A program made the position numbers and the translations under genes. The notes beneath the pieces were generated by a model. The model was not told where the DNA came from. It did no database searches and was given only the letters and a program-made list of their open reading frames with translations. This document shows positions 1 through 13,814 of a stretch of DNA of 64,000 nucleotides, one piece after another. Position 1 is the stretch's first letter. Every line of letters starts with the position of its first letter. The stretch spans positions 9,992,872-10,056,871 of the forward strand of contig NC_057718.1 in NCBI RefSeq assembly GCF_004010195.1. The letters are read 5' to 3'. This DNA is from Chiloscyllium plagiosum (lineage: Eukaryota).

Positions 1-420
1 ATTGGGTAAAATGAAGCTTGCAGCCTGCCCACTGCCTACTCACCTGCCCCCAATTTTATGGGCATGGGTGGTAGCAGGTGGCCTTTTTCTATTGAGGTCC
101 CCAATGCCTCCCCATCCCACCCCCACCCATCGCTGTTTGACCCGTCACGGCCGGAGGGATAATAGGATGTGGCGGGCGGCAGGTAAGTCCTTTAGGGGAT
201 CCCTGGGCCCATGAGAGGTAAATCCCATAAGATTACGCCCTTTGGTTTGCTCCCCCACCCATACCCCAGAGTCTCCTAATGATTTGAGGAATTGTTATAG
301 ATGCAAATGCTGCAGCCCATCAAGACCTGTGGGACAAAGTCTATCAGCAGCAAGTCTCCTGCACCAACCTAATCCATTGCCTTCTCTTTCATTCCAGTAC
401 ACATGGTGTGCTGTTCTTAG

Positions 421-965
421 AGGTCATAGAGCACAGAAACAAACCCTTCGGCCCAACTTGTCAATACTGACCTAGTTTACCAAACTGAACTAGTCCCATA
501 TGCCTCTGTTTGACCCATTTCCCTTTAAACTTTTCCTGTCCACATACCTATCCAAATGTCTTTTAAATGTTGTAATTGTACCCACCTCTACACTTCCTCT
601 GGCAATTGATTCCATAAATACATCACTCTCTAGGTGAAAAAGTTACCCCTCATATTCCTTTTAAATCTTTCCCCCTTCATGTAAAACCTATGTGCTTTAT
701 TTTTGGACCCCCCATCCTTTGAGAAAAGACCGTGGCTATTCACCTTATCTATGCCCCTCATGATTTTATAAACCTCTATAAGGTCACCCCTAAATCTCCA
801 ATGCTTAAGAGAAAAATGTCCCAGCCTAACCAGCCTGTCCTTTTAACTCAAACCTTCTAATCTCAGTAACAGCTGTATAAATTTTTTTTGCTGTCTTTCT
901 AGTTTAATAACATCCTTCCTAAAGCAGGGTAGAATTGTACTTGTTACCTCCAATGTGGCCTTACC
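421..965 (-). mobile_element. CR1 LINE 3' fragment
   Basis: Reverse complement of the LERxQ/LRGDLIEVYK region and 3' tail. Confidence 0.85.
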
Positions 966-3464
966 AATTTGCCTGGACTTTCCTGACCAACCCAGCTTCT
1001 TTCTTTGCCTGGTGACTGACCCTTTGCCACTCCAGCCGAGTGTATCTGGACAGAGGCAGAGGAAAAGGACATGTCCAGTTAGCATCGGTCGTTTCACATC
1101 ACAGTATCTCTTAGTTACCTCAGACCTGTCTTCTGTAGGACTTTCTCATTGGTGACCCTGTGCCACTGTGTGATGCCCAGGGTCTTGTGTTGGCATTACT
1201 CATGCAACATCTAAAACTTCAGTGGCACCTTTGCTGTCTCCTTAGAATCAATGAATCTCAACAGTACAGGTAGAGGCCATTTGGCCTAACAAGTCTGCAC
1301 TGACCCTCTGAAAAACATTGCATCTCCAGTTAGTTTTTGAGAAAATTTGGCACTCAGAGGTGCTACCTGTCAGATTGAGATTAAACCAGGGCTGTACCTC
1401 GCCACCTGAAGAGGAGGAGGGAATTTTCCCAGCCTATATTTAATCCCACAGTCACATCACAAAAAAATAGATTAGGTAGCCATTATCACTTCAGTCTTTG
1501 TGTGTGTAGATTGGCTGCTGTGTTTCCCATAGGATGCGTATCTCATGGGTTGCAAAGAGTTTTTGAGATTTCTTGCAGTCGTAAAAAGCTCAATTTCAAT
1601 GCCCAAGGCATTTAGTTCTAACCCTCAGTGAAACCAAGAAATTCTCACAGCCTGAAGGAATGAGCATAACAAAGGATATGGGAGTAGAATTAGGCCATTA
1701 TGCCCATCCAATCTCACTGCCATTCAGATGAATCTGGTAAATCTCCATTTCCCTGCCTATTCCCTATATCCTGTGATTTCTGTCTCTAATACCAGTAGAA
1801 CTTTCCTGAGATCATGGGCCCAAAATTGTTTACAGTATTCTAATTGTGGTCTGACGAGTGCCTTATGTGGAATTTGCAATGCTCTGCCACTTGCAGGGAG
1901 ATTTGTTTTGGATTTCCTCATTCATCAATGGAGTGAAATACCAGCCAACACTCCTTCCCATTTGTGAAGCTGCTTCCCCAATGTTTAGAGTTGCTTTCTA
2001 TTGTCATCTGATATCGAGATAAGTTGTGCTTTCTTTTGAACTTCACTCCAGATCAATTGGATAGCTTTTTTTTGACTTTCTAATAGTTATCAGTAATGTC
2101 ATATTGCATTTATATATCACCTTTCCTAAGTGCAGGATGTCACAAAGTGCTTTAAATCATTTCAGAACGTCGTTTGCACAGAATAATGGCTTTTCAGGTG
2201 GAGTGGTGTTGGCTAAATTCCTGGCATCGTATTTGCGGCAGTTGGGAGGCATTCTAGCGGTTTTCTGGATGAGCTGAATAGACTTTGTCGTCTGACATTA
2301 TTTCAAGGTCCGGGAACTGCAGACAGAGCCACCTTCCCTAACCCAGTCCTCTGCAACTGTTCTGGATCACATCTAACACTGACATCCCATCTAAACTTTT
2401 TTTCTGGTCAGTAGCATCCAGATATTAATCTGGTTAACTCATCAGAGGTTGCGCCACCCAATGAGCACTTGAAATGCCTCAGCTTTTAGGTCCTTTTGTG
2501 GCATGGAGGTAGATTCCCTATCCCTGTACCGGGAGACCCAGGTTCAAGTCCCACCTGTGCCAGTGGTGTAACATAACATCTCTGAACAGGTTGATTAGAA
2601 AAATGAGTTAAATAAAAAAAAATCCCTCTGCATACTAAACTGCAGCCAAGAAAGTGGAAAATGCCACTAGTGCAGACACAATGGCTGAAGGGCCTCTTTT
2701 CATGCTGTAAAAAGTTTACAACTATTAACAAGAGCTCAGTGGTTCCCATTGTTTTGGAGTTACTCCAGAAATTGAATGTTACTGATAAAAGTATCTCTTG
2801 CAATGCCTCAACCAATCAGAATTGACATGTCTTGTTTGAATGTAATCAGGGGCTTGGCAGTTAACTTCTCACGGAAACACCTCCAACCAATCAAATTCTA
2901 CTTTCCAACCAATCACCTCTGATGTAATTGTAATTTGATGTTCCCTTTGAGATTTTGAATTCTTACCATGATGTCCTGATGGAAATATTTGACAATTGTT
3001 TTTGTTCAGTAATACCTAGGATGGGGCATCGATTGCTCGTTGTCGCACAGCTGGTTCTATTTCTTCTCAGTAAATAATTGATAACCTTGCATTCTGTTGC
3101 TACCTGTCACACAATGATAATGTCATAATATATCTCTCTTGCCTTTTTAAACGCCTGGCGCACACACAGAGAGGACAGCGGAACTGATGGATAAGATGGA
3201 TAAATCCTGACCCGATATCTTTACTCCGTCATAGAGTGACGCTGTCAGCTGAACCTGCACAAAGCTTTAGCCTAAACAACCTCCAAACGTGCTGTGCTGG
3301 GTTCTCAGTGCAGTGTTTGTCCTAAGCGATGGGGGATCAGAGCCAAACCCAGCAGGTGTCTGGCTGTGGCTCGATGGATGACCCTCTCAACTTGGTCGGC
3401 AGAATGTGAGTTTGAATCTCACTGACGAGATTTGAACGCATAGTTAAGGCAAGTGTTCATACTC

Positions 3465-4160
3465 AGTCGTACAGCATGGAAACAGACCCTTTGGTCCAAC
3501 CAGTCCACACCAACCATAATCCCAAACAAAGCTAGTCCCACCTGCCTGCTTCTGGGCCATATCCCTCCAACCCTTTCCTGTTATCGTATTTATCCAAATG
3601 TCTTTTAACCATTGTAACTGTACCCACACCCACCACTTCCTCAGGAAGTTCATTTCGCATGCAAACTTCCCTCTGTGTAAAAAAAATTGCCCCTTATGTC
3701 TTTTTAAAATCTCTCTCCGCTCACCTTAAAACTGTGCCCCTAGCCTTGAAATCCCCCACCCTAGGGAAAAGACAACTGCCATTGACCCTATCTATACCCC
3801 TCATTGCTTTATATACTTCTATAAAGTCACCTTGCAACCTCCTACACTCCAGTGAAAAAAGTCCTAGCCTTTCTTTACAACTCAAACTTTCCATACCTGG
3901 CAACATCCTGGTAAATCTCTTCTGAGCCCTGTCTAGCTTAATAAGATTCTTCCTATTTCAGGGTGAACAGAACTGGACCCAGTATTCCAGAAGAAGCTCA
4001 TCAATGTCCTGTACAACCTCAACAAGACTTCCCAACTCCTAATTCAAACACTGAGCAATGAAGGCAGGCATGCCAAATGCTTTTTTAATGGCATTATCTA
4101 TATGTGATGCAAACTTCAAAGAATTATGTATCAGAGCCCCTAGGTCCCTCTGTTCTATAA
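3465..4160 (-). mobile_element. CR1 LINE 3' fragment
   Basis: [22 protein letters not shown] on the minus strand plus 3' UTR. Confidence 0.87.
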
Positions 4161-5302
4161 TGCAGTGTGGAGGGAGTGCTATCTTTTGGCACGATGATCC
4201 TATCTGATGTTTCAAATAGATGTAAAATGTCCCATAATGCTACTTAAATGAAAAGCAGAGAAAATCCCCCTGGCATCCTCACTAATATTGTTCTCTTAAA
4301 AGAGCACAATTACTGGCCATTATTTCATTCCACTGTGCACATTGATACCTTCATTTTCTACATTGCAACAGGGACTGCTGTGGTTTTCCAGCACCACTCT
4401 AATTTTGACTCTAATCTCTAGCATCTGCAGTACCCACGTCTGCCGAGGGGCGACATTGAGGCTTCTGAAAGGAGAAGCTCAATTTGCATATCTCAGGATT
4501 TATAAAGGAATACAGCACTTCCCATACACTGTTCAGACAAAGCCACCGCACCTTAACCATAAACCATCAAGGACAAGCTATTACACTGATTACTTGTAAG
4601 AGTGCAAAGTACAGAACAGGGAAAGGCTATGTAGTCCTCCTCTGTGATGTACGTCAAGGAATTTCAGGCTCAATCTCTTTTACGCTGTGAAACATTATGG
4701 GGAGAATGTGGTGAGGAAAGCATATCAATACTGAGGTTCAGTGCGATGAAACAACTGAAATACATGTTCAATTTGGTTGAAAACTTGCTGCTTATCAGCT
4801 TATAAATAGAGTACCGCAGTGGAAGCTTTGTAATATGACAGATATCTCCAGCTGTAGAACTTCTTCACTCACCCCGTGAGATATTCAGCCACTGCTGAAG
4901 GTATTTAAGGGATTTAAGGTTGGGTTGGGCACATCTTCTATTAGACTGATATGTCGTGTGGAGAAGTCTAGAATACCACCGGAATATCTCTGAGCTACTA
5001 AACGATCTTAACACTACCGCACGTGTTGCCTCTTGGTGAAACCCTGTCCCGAGGGTTATATAATTCTGGCTTAAGTACCTTGACCATAGGGAGAATGGTT
5101 ACTTCCTCATAGTGCATGGCTCCAAAGCTCATGACAGACAGTTTGACCCATTGTACTGGGGAAGATGAGAGCGAACATTTACAGCTGACTATCCAGCACT
5201 GAGTTAGGGCCGCTGGATGAGTAAAGGTCAAGGTCCATCTCTGTCAAGAATCATGTTAATGCCTAATTTAATTTAAGATGATCATTCAGGCTTACAATGC
5301 AA

Positions 5303-6935
5303 TTTGCTGGATGACTAAAGAAATTGAGGGTTTGGTTAAGAAAAAGAAGGAAGCATATGTCTAGTATAGACAGGATAGATCGAGTGAATCCTTAGAAGAG
5401 TATAAAGGCAGTAGGAGTATACTTAGGGAAATCAGGAGGGCAAAACGGGGACATGAGATAGCTTTTGCAANNNNNNNNNNNNNNNNNNNNNNNNNNNNNN
5501 NNNNNNNNNNNNNNNNNNNNNNNNNNNNNNNNNNNNNNNNNNNNNNNNNNNNNNNNNNNNNNNNNNNNNNNNNNNNNNNNNNNNNNNNNNNNNNNNNNNN
5601 NNNNNNNNNNNNNNNNNNNNNNNNNNNNNNNNNNNNNNNNNNNNNNNNNNNNNNNNNNNNNNNNNNNNNNNNNNNNNNNNNNNNNNNNNNNNNNNNNNNN
5701 NNNNNNNNNNNNNNNNNNNNNNNNNNNNNNNNNNNNNNNNNNNNNNNNNNNNNNNNNNNNNNNNNNNNNNNNNNNNNNNNNNNNNNNNNNNNNNNNNNNN
5801 NNNNNNNNNNNNNNNNNNNNNNNNNNNNNNNNNNNNNNNNNNNNNNNNNNNNNNNNNNNNNNNNNNNNNNNNNNNNNNNNNNNNNNNNNNNNNNNNNNNN
5901 NNNNNNNNNNNNNNNNNNNNNNNNNNNNNNNNNNNNNNNNNNNNNNNNNNNNNNNNNNNNNNNNNNNNNNNNNNNNNNNNNNNNNNNNNNNNNNNNNNNN
6001 NNNNNNNNNNNNNNNNNNNNNNNNNNNNNNNNNNNNNNNNNNNNNNNNNNNNNNNNNNNNNNNNNNNNNNNNNNNNNNNNNNNNNNNNNNNNNNNNNNNN
6101 NNNNNNNNNNNNNNNNNNNNNNNNNNNNNNNNNNNNNNNNNNNNNNNNNNNNNNNNNNNNNNNNNNNNNNNNNNNNNNNNGGTGCTGCATTTTGGGAAAG
6201 CAAATCTTAGCAGGACTTATACACTTAATGGTAATGTCCGAGGGAGTGTTGCTGAACAAAGAGATCTTGGAGTGCAGGTTCATAGCTCCTTGAAAGTGGA
6301 GTCTCGGGTAGATAGGATAGTGAAGAAGGCGTTTGGTTTGCTTTGCTTTATTGGTCAGAGTATTGAGTACAGGTGTTGGGAGATCATGTTGCGGCTGTAC
6401 AGGGCATTGGTTAGGCCACTGTTGGAATATTGCGTGCAATTCTGGTCTCCTTCCTATCGGAAAGATGTGAAACTTGAAAGGGTTCAGAAAAGGTTTACAA
6501 GGATGTTGCCAGGGTTGGAGGGTTCTGAGCTACAGGGAGAGGCTGAACGGGCTGGAGCTGTTTTCCTGGAGCGTCGGAGGCTGAGGGGTGACCTTATAGA
6601 GTTCCACAAAATTATGAGGGGCATGGATAGGATAAATAGACAAAGTCTTTTCCCTGGGGTCGGAGAGTCCAGAACTAGAGGGCATAGGTTTAGGGTGAGA
6701 GGGGAAAGATATAAAAGAGACCTAAGGGGCAACTTTTTCACGCAGAGGGTGGTACGTCTATGGAATGAGGTGCCAGAAGATGTGGTGGAGGCTGGTACAA
6801 CTGCAACATTTAAGAAGCATTTGGATGGGTATATGAATAGGAAGGGTTTGGAGGGATATGGACCAAGTGCTGGCATGGACGGGTTGGACCGAAGGGTCTA
6901 TTTCCATGCTGTACATCTCTATGACTCTATGACCT
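5303..6935 (+). mobile_element. CR1/HER1-type LINE ORF2 fragment with 3' tail, spanning an assembly gap
   Basis: WMTKEIEGLVKKKKEAY before the gap; VLHFGKAN...LVRPLLEYCVQFWSP...LRGDLIE...RTRGH...FFTQRVVRLWN after it; tail ctctatgactctatga. Confidence 0.92.
5471..6180. other. Assembly gap (710 N)
   Basis: Run of N. Confidence 1.
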
Positions 6936-7064
6936 GTGCTTATTGGAAGTTACACAAATTCACTGACAGGGACCTGACTCTGAAGTGAAAGGAACATGTG
7001 CTGACATTGTTACATTCTGGAATTCAGCACAAAATGTAGAACAATAGCCTGCTACATTCTCCAT

Positions 7065-7271
7065 TCTGGATTAGTGGTGCTGGAAGAGCACAGCAGTTCA
7101 GGCAACCTCCCAAGAGCAGTAAAATCGACGTTTCGAGCAAAAGCCCTTCATCAAAAGCTTTTGCCCGAAACGTCGATTTTACTACTCCTGGGTTGCTGCC
7201 TGAACTGCTGTGCTCTTCCAGCATCACTAATCCAAAATCTGGTTTCCAGCATCTGCAGCCACTGTTTTTAC
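7065..7271 (-). mobile_element. Palindromic Penelope-terminus mini-element (ACGT/GUC family)
   Basis: Inverted arms across about 7068-7233; perfect 17-bp TSD cctgctacattctccat at 7048-7064 and 7272-7288. Confidence 0.85.
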
Positions 7272-8579
7272 CCTGCTACATTCTCCATGGCAACACCTAG
7301 AATAATCCTGTTTGACTTGCCAACTAATCGACCCCCTTTTCTCATGCAGTGTAAACTGTGGCACCCTTAGGAAGTTGGAGATAGTGAGGACTGCAGATGC
7401 TGAAACGTCAGAGTGGATAAAGTGTGGAGCTAGGAAAAGCACAGCAGATCAAGCAGCATCAGCAGAGCTGGAGAGAGTTGCCTTTCCAAGTCCTGACCTC
7501 CCCTGCTCCTCCGCTGCTTTACCTGCAGGGTTTTTCCAGCTCCACACTTTGTTAACTTTCTAGGGGAGTCAATATTCTCGGCCTTTTTGTCGTGAGGAGT
7601 GGAAGATGTCGTGATTCACTCACCTATCTCTTTCCCAGAAATACTTGAGGCCCCAATCTTGAGTTTGTCTTCGACCTTCATAGAACGCAGAGGCTGGTGG
7701 TAGAGGGATGCATTTTGGACTGGAGGTCAATGACCAGTGGTGTACAGGGATTAGTGCAAGGTCCACTGCTTTTTGTCATCTATACAAATGATTTGGATGT
7801 GAATATAAGAGGTATGGTTAGTAAATTTGCAGATGACGCCAAATTGGTGGTGTGGTGGACAGCAAAGAAGGTTACCTCAGAATACAATGTGATCGAAGGG
7901 TCTGTGTCAATGCTGTACATATAATTAGTGAACAGTAGACCCAAACATGATGCAAAGATGCCCCTAATTTATGATACTTTGGGCACTGTACATTCGGAGC
8001 TACCTGTTCCTTGCAAACAACCTGCACTTATTCCCTATAATATTAAAGCAGAAGTCAGCAAGCCTGGCTGGTTCTGTGAAGAGAGTAACAAAGTTAACAC
8101 TTCAGGACCTGTATGATGCTATTCGTTCTGAAGCTAAATTTAATGTTGAATATTAAATTTCCCCAGTGCTTTCTGTTTTTGATTGCAAATTTCCAGCATC
8201 TGCAGCATTTTGCTTTTGTTACACTTACTATATCATTGATTTCCAAAATATTGCTTCCTGAAAGAAATCTCTGCTCTTTGCATTTGAATGAATCAATATC
8301 GACTGCTTCCACCTCTGGAGAGATGGTTCCACAGATTCACTCACTGGACTACTGCTTCAGCTGATTAGTCCTGCATTCTTCATTCCACCTCACACCCCCC
8401 CCCCCCCCCCTCCTCCCCCCAACCCAGCTTCAGTTTTCCTCACAATCCAATCATTGTAGTCCTCTTCTGTATCTTTATGATTACATTATCCTTTTGTATT
8501 GCAGTTACCACAGCCATTCACAGAATTGTTGATTGTATTCTACATGTAACAGTAACTGGATCCTGATTGGACTGGGCTG

Positions 8580-9122
8580 AGTGGAGAGGAAGAAACAGTT
8601 CCCACTTGTGACAGCATCGAGAACAAGAGGGCATAGAGTTGAAGTGTTGAATACAAGAAGCAAAAATGTGTAATGTTGCTGGGTCTGGAAGGTTTGAGTT
8701 ATAAGGAAAGGCTGGATAGGCTGGGACTTTTTTCGATGGAGCATAGGGGGTTGAGAGGCAACCTTATGGAAGTTTATAAAATCATGAGACATATAGATAG
8801 GGTTAATGGTAGTTTTCTTTTCCCTGGGATTAGGGATTTCAAGACTAGGAGACACATTTTTAAGATGTGAGGAGAGAGAATTAAACAAAGACATGAGGGG
8901 CACATCCTGTGCACAGGGAGTGGTTCACATGTGGAATGAACTTCCGAAGAAAGTGGTGGATGTGGATGCAGTTACAATGTTTAAAAGACATTTAGATAAG
9001 TACATGAATAAGAAAGGTTTGGAGGGATATTGGCCAAGCGCAGGTGGATGGTTTTGTTTAGGATTATGTTTAGCATGGACTGGTTAGACTGAAGGGTCTG
9101 TTTCCATTCTGTATGACTATGA
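8580..9122 (+). mobile_element. CR1 LINE 3' fragment
   Basis: LEGLSYKERLDRLGLFS...WNELP...FKRHLDKYM. Confidence 0.87.
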
Positions 9123-10170
9123 TAAAAGGAAAAACTTTCTCATGCAGTATCTTAGATGCACAGATTTGTTTGAGGTTTTCAACGGGGAGTTAGACTGCTT
9201 TCTAGAAAGGGTGAATGTACATTGTTACATGTAGAAAATGGAAATAACATGAGGAGAACTGGTGCAGACACAATGCATGTTTTATTCATTAATGGGATGT
9301 GCTAACATTTATTGAACTGAATAACTTGCTCAACCATTTCAGAGGGAAGTTAAGAGTCAACCACATTGGTTGCGTTATAGTTAGTTGTAAGCCGGAACCC
9401 CTAAAGGGCATTAGTGAACCAGATGGGTTTTTTAGGACAATGGTCACTTTTAAGCTAGTTTCTCATTCGGGATATTTATTGAATTAAAGTTTCAACATCC
9501 TGCTATGGTGCTATTTTCCCCGGAACATTAGCCTGAAGTTCAGGATTACTAACTTGGCAACATTACTATTATGTCACCCTTTGTCATCTTCTGTGAAACG
9601 TACATGATCCTGTGAAGATGCAGAGATTTATAGCAGGGCAGGACTAACTCACTATTTTGGCTCCATAATGATCACTGAATATATGACAACAAATACAGTG
9701 TATTGTGACATTGGTTTCAATTTATTGTCAGTTGAGAACCTCCAGATCGTTATCATTTGTTTTGAATGCACACTATTTTCTTCCTATTTAAATCATCTTG
9801 ATTTTACAGTTTTCTTATTTTCAAATCCCTCCATGGCCTCCCTATCTCTGTAATTTCGTCCATCTATACAATTCTCCAAGGTCTTTGTGCTGTTTAATTC
9901 TGGTCTTGTGTGTGCTTTTAATTGCTGCACCATTGGTGGCCATGTCTATCATTGCCTGGGCCCCAAACTCTGAAATACCCGCCACACAGCTCTCTACCTC
10001 AGCTTCATCCTTTTACAAACTTCATAAACCCCTGTGTGTTTGACCATGCTTTTGTCATCTGTCCCCGTGTCTTAATGTGGTTTAGTGTTGTACTGTCTTT
10101 TATAATTCTCTAGTGAAGTGCTTTGGAATGCGTCACAACCTTTAAAGGTGCTATCTAAATTTAAGTAGTT

Positions 10171-10393
10171 ATGATGCGGAGATGCTGGTGTTGGACTGGA
10201 GTGAGCAAAGTCAAAAGTCACCAGGTTATAGTTCAACAGGTTTATTTTAACTCACAAGCTTTCAGAGTGCTACTCCTTTGTCAAGTGAACAACCTAACCT
10301 GATGAGACCTCACTTGCTAAAGGAGCAGCGCTTGAAAGCTGGTGATTTTAAACAAGCCTTTTGGACTCTAACCTGGTGTCATTGACTTCTGAC
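10171..10393. mobile_element. Older palindromic Penelope-terminus mini-element (AGCT/CUA family)
   Basis: Diverged inverted arms (ccaggttatagttcaacagg...ttggactctaacctgg); possible TSD ttaagtagtt/ttaagttgtt. Confidence 0.65.
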
Positions 10394-11186
10394 TTAAGTT
10401 GTTGTTGCCCAGGCAAATTTAATTTTCCATCGGTCTCCCAGCTCACAAATATGTTCCAATCTGCCTGTTACTTATTGTTATGATTCCAGTTGATAGTTTT
10501 GGACAAATCAAAACTCAAAATAAAATCTGGTTTGATTGTGTGTGTTTCTATTTGGTTATTTAGCGTGGTGGTCAGTCACTAAGATATATTTGTATGAGGC
10601 TGCAGCATTTGTTTTAACAATAGGAGTTTATTACTCAAAAGAAGAAATTTATAAATCAAGTCAGCTAATGAGAGATGGCAATTAGAATGATCTCTGAATG
10701 CACAGTAAAACAATGTTGCAATGTGTTTCCAATCACAGTCCATTACAAAGATTCAAGTCCAGAGAAACTACCATTCAATCTCAATTCTTTAGGATTCCAC
10801 TTAACTGATTCTTTCCAAGTTCTTTGCCATGGACTGTGAAAACCATTCAGTGAGCCCTTTCCAAATTTGCTGATGTGAACTCATAACAAATCTGAGAGCC
10901 TGCACAATTCTAAAAACCTCGACTTCTAATCGTGGTCTCCTGCTTGAACATTTCGTGAACTAAACCTTTCTGCTGAGCTCCCTAAACTGCCCTGAAACTT
11001 CTTTTCTAGCAGAGAAACTAAATTTACCTTTAAACTCAACAGCAATGTCTTCTGAACCAAAGCTTTTTCAACAAACTTGCTAATTGTAGGTTCTTGACTG
11101 AAAACAAAGCTAACGGTTTCTGATGCTTACTTTCATAAACTCAACAAATGACCTGCTGGGTTCCTTCAGTACTTGTTTTTATTATT

Positions 11187-11392
11187 ATTAGATTCCCTGC
11201 AGTGTGGAAACAGGCCCTTTGGCCCAACAAGTTCACACCGACCCTCCGAAGAGTAACCTACCCAGACCCAACTCCCTCTGACTAATGCACCTAACACTAT
11301 GGACTATTTAGAATGGCCAATTCACCTGACCCGCACATCTTTGGATTGTGGGAGGAAGCCAGAGCACCTGGAGGAAACCCACGCAGACACTG
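11187..11392 (-). mobile_element. 5'-truncated HE1-type SINE
   Basis: attagattccctgcagtgtggaaacagg...gaaacccacgcagacac. Confidence 0.85.
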
Positions 11393-11584
11393 AGTGACTG
11401 CTTTGTGGACACTTCCATTCAAGACACAAGTGTGACCTCAAACTTCCAGCCAAGTGTCACCTTTAATTTGCCAACTTACTCTCAGACCAGCCTCTGTATA
11501 CAGCCTCCTATAGTATTCTCATGAGTCTCAACACAAATGAGAGGAACAGCACCTCATCTTTTGATGAGTCCCTTTACAACCTTA

Positions 11585-12124
11585 TTTGATTTATTATTGT
11601 CACGCTTACCTAGGTACAGTGAAAAGTTTGTTTTACGTGCGGTACAGGCAGATCATACCTTACAAAGTGTATTAGGGTAATAGGACAGAGCGAGGAATAC
11701 AATGTTATGGCTGTGGAGAAGGTGCATAGAGAGCGAGACCAACATTAAATTTGAATTTTGAGAGGTCCATTCTAAAGTCAAATAACAGTGGGGAAGTAAC
11801 TGTACTTGAATCTGTTGGTGCGTGTGTTTAAGCATTTGTATCTTCTGCCCAATGGAAGAGGCTGGAAGAGATTATAACGGAGGTAGGCAGGGTCTTTGAT
11901 TGTTCTGGCTGCCTTCCTGAGGCAGTGAGAAGAGTCGATGGATGGCAGGTTGGGTTTGTGTGATGGGCTGGGCTGTGTTCACAGCTCTCCGTAGTTTCTC
12001 ATGGCCCTGGGCAGAGCGGTCATCAAACCAAACTGTGATGTATCCGGATAAAGTACTCGCTGTGGTGCATCTGTTTAAAAAATAATTGGTAAGAGTCTAT
12101 ACAGATATACGGAGTTTCCTTTAG
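11585..12124 (-). mobile_element. Rex1/Babar-like LINE 3' end
   Basis: Minus-strand LP.GRRYK...TNRFKYSYFP-like peptide and aataaatcaaat tail; same family as 29097. Confidence 0.7.
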
Positions 12125-12174
12125 TCTCTAAAGGAAACTCCGTATATCTGTATAGACTCTTACCGATTATTTTT
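12078..12174. repeat. Near-perfect 47-bp inverted repeat with a 3-nt loop
   Basis: 12078-12124 versus 12128-12174, 46/47 complementary. Confidence 0.97.
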
Positions 12175-12359
12175 GAATCAACCTGTTCAGATGTATTAGG
12201 ACATACCTGTGTAGGAGGGACGTAAACCTGAGAGAAATCTACTCCAACACAAGGGCCGTAGAAGAATCTTTATATAATTTCATGGGCATTAGACATGGCT
12301 TGGTGGGTTGAACTCTTGCCTCTCAGTTGGAAGATTGTTGGTGGGTGTAAAAGATGGCA

Positions 12360-12830
12360 TAGATTCATAGCGATGTACAGCACGGAAACAGTCCAACTCG
12401 TCCATGCCAACCAGATATCCTAAATTAATCTAGTCCCATTTGCCAGCACTTGGCCCATATCGCTCTAAACCCTTCCTATTCATAAACCCATCCAGATGCC
12501 TTTTAAATATTGTCATTGTCCCAGCCTCCCCTTCCTCTGGCAGCTCATTCCATACACGCACCACCCTCTGTGTGAAGTTGCCCCTTAGGTCCCTTTTTAA
12601 ACCTTTCCCCTCTCACCTTAAACCTCGGCCCTCTAGTTCTGGATTCCAGCACTCCAGGGAAAAGACCTTGTCTGTTTACCCTACTCATGCCCCTCGTGAT
12701 TTTATAAACCTCTGTAAGGTCACTCCTCAGCCTCTGATGCTCCAGGGAAAACAGCCCCAGCCTGTTCAACATCTCTACAGCTCAAACTCTCCAACCCTGG
12801 CAACACCCTTTTCGATCATTTCTGGAACAT
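12360..12830 (-). mobile_element. CR1 LINE 3' fragment
   Basis: [23 protein letters not shown] on the minus strand. Confidence 0.87.
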
Positions 12831-13099
12831 TTCATGAGACTCTTCAATGCAGAGCATGGGAGAGCTCTGCCCAATGTCCTTGCCAACATTTCTGAACAAA
12901 GATTTTCTCTTCATTATCACATTGTTGTTTGTTTGATCTCCTTGTGTACAAATTTATTACCACATATCCTACATTACAGGTAATCCAACAACAGAAAACA
13001 TTTCATTGGCTGAAGATGTTTTGGGATAGAATGAGGTTGTGAACCATGGTATGCAAGTGGAAACTAATGATTTCCAAATGCTGTGCATATTATTAAACT

Positions 13100-13490
13100 A
13101 GAAAGAGTGCAGGACACATTTACTGGGATGCTGCCTGAACTGGAAGGTTTGAGTTATAAAGAGAGGTTGGATAGGCTGACACTGTAAGGGGATGACCTTA
13201 TAGAAGTCCATAAAATCACGAGAGGCATAGAAAGGGTAGATAGCCCACAGCTTTTCCCCATGGTAGGGGAATATAAAACAAGAGGGCATACAAGAGGTGG
13301 TGGTGGTGGTGGTGGAGGTGGAGGTGGAGGGGAGTACAGTTTTGTCATGTAAGAAACATTTAGACAGGTACATGGAGGGGATAGGTATGGAGGGGTATGG
13401 ACTAAACACAGGCAAATTGTGGATACTGGGCAGCACAGACAAGTTGGGCCGAAGGGCCTGTTTCCATGCTATGGAAGTCTATGACTCTAA
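13100..13490 (+). mobile_element. Degenerate CR1 LINE 3' fragment with internal (GGT/GGA)n tract
   Basis: ctagaaagagtgcag...KKHLDRYM...ctatgactct tail. Confidence 0.75.
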
Positions 13491-13814
13491 TACTGTTAGC
13501 GGTAATCCTCTGCTGGCCATCAGTTTGTAAGTTGCCGTATGTCTGTGGTTTATCGATGATTCTGCAACATTTTTTTTTCTCTCTATTCCCCCCCCAACCC
13601 CCCTCCAAAATAAAGCATTTTCTTCAGATCAGAGAATGGAAAATCAAATCTGCCAGTCCTAACAGTTTGCAGATGTAGCTCAGCCAGAACTGCTGAACTT
13701 GGTGTAATGTTTGAATCGGCCTGGTGCCAGCACTTAACAGGCAGCAGCGAAACAGATGGAATAAACAACGTGAGGAGAATGGGGAATTGCTTAAAGGGGA
13801 CAAGCATGTTATCT

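Noticed and set aside
5361..6988. Long ORFs of 280-507 aa
   Set aside because: Artefacts of the N gap; the real part is CR1 ORF2.
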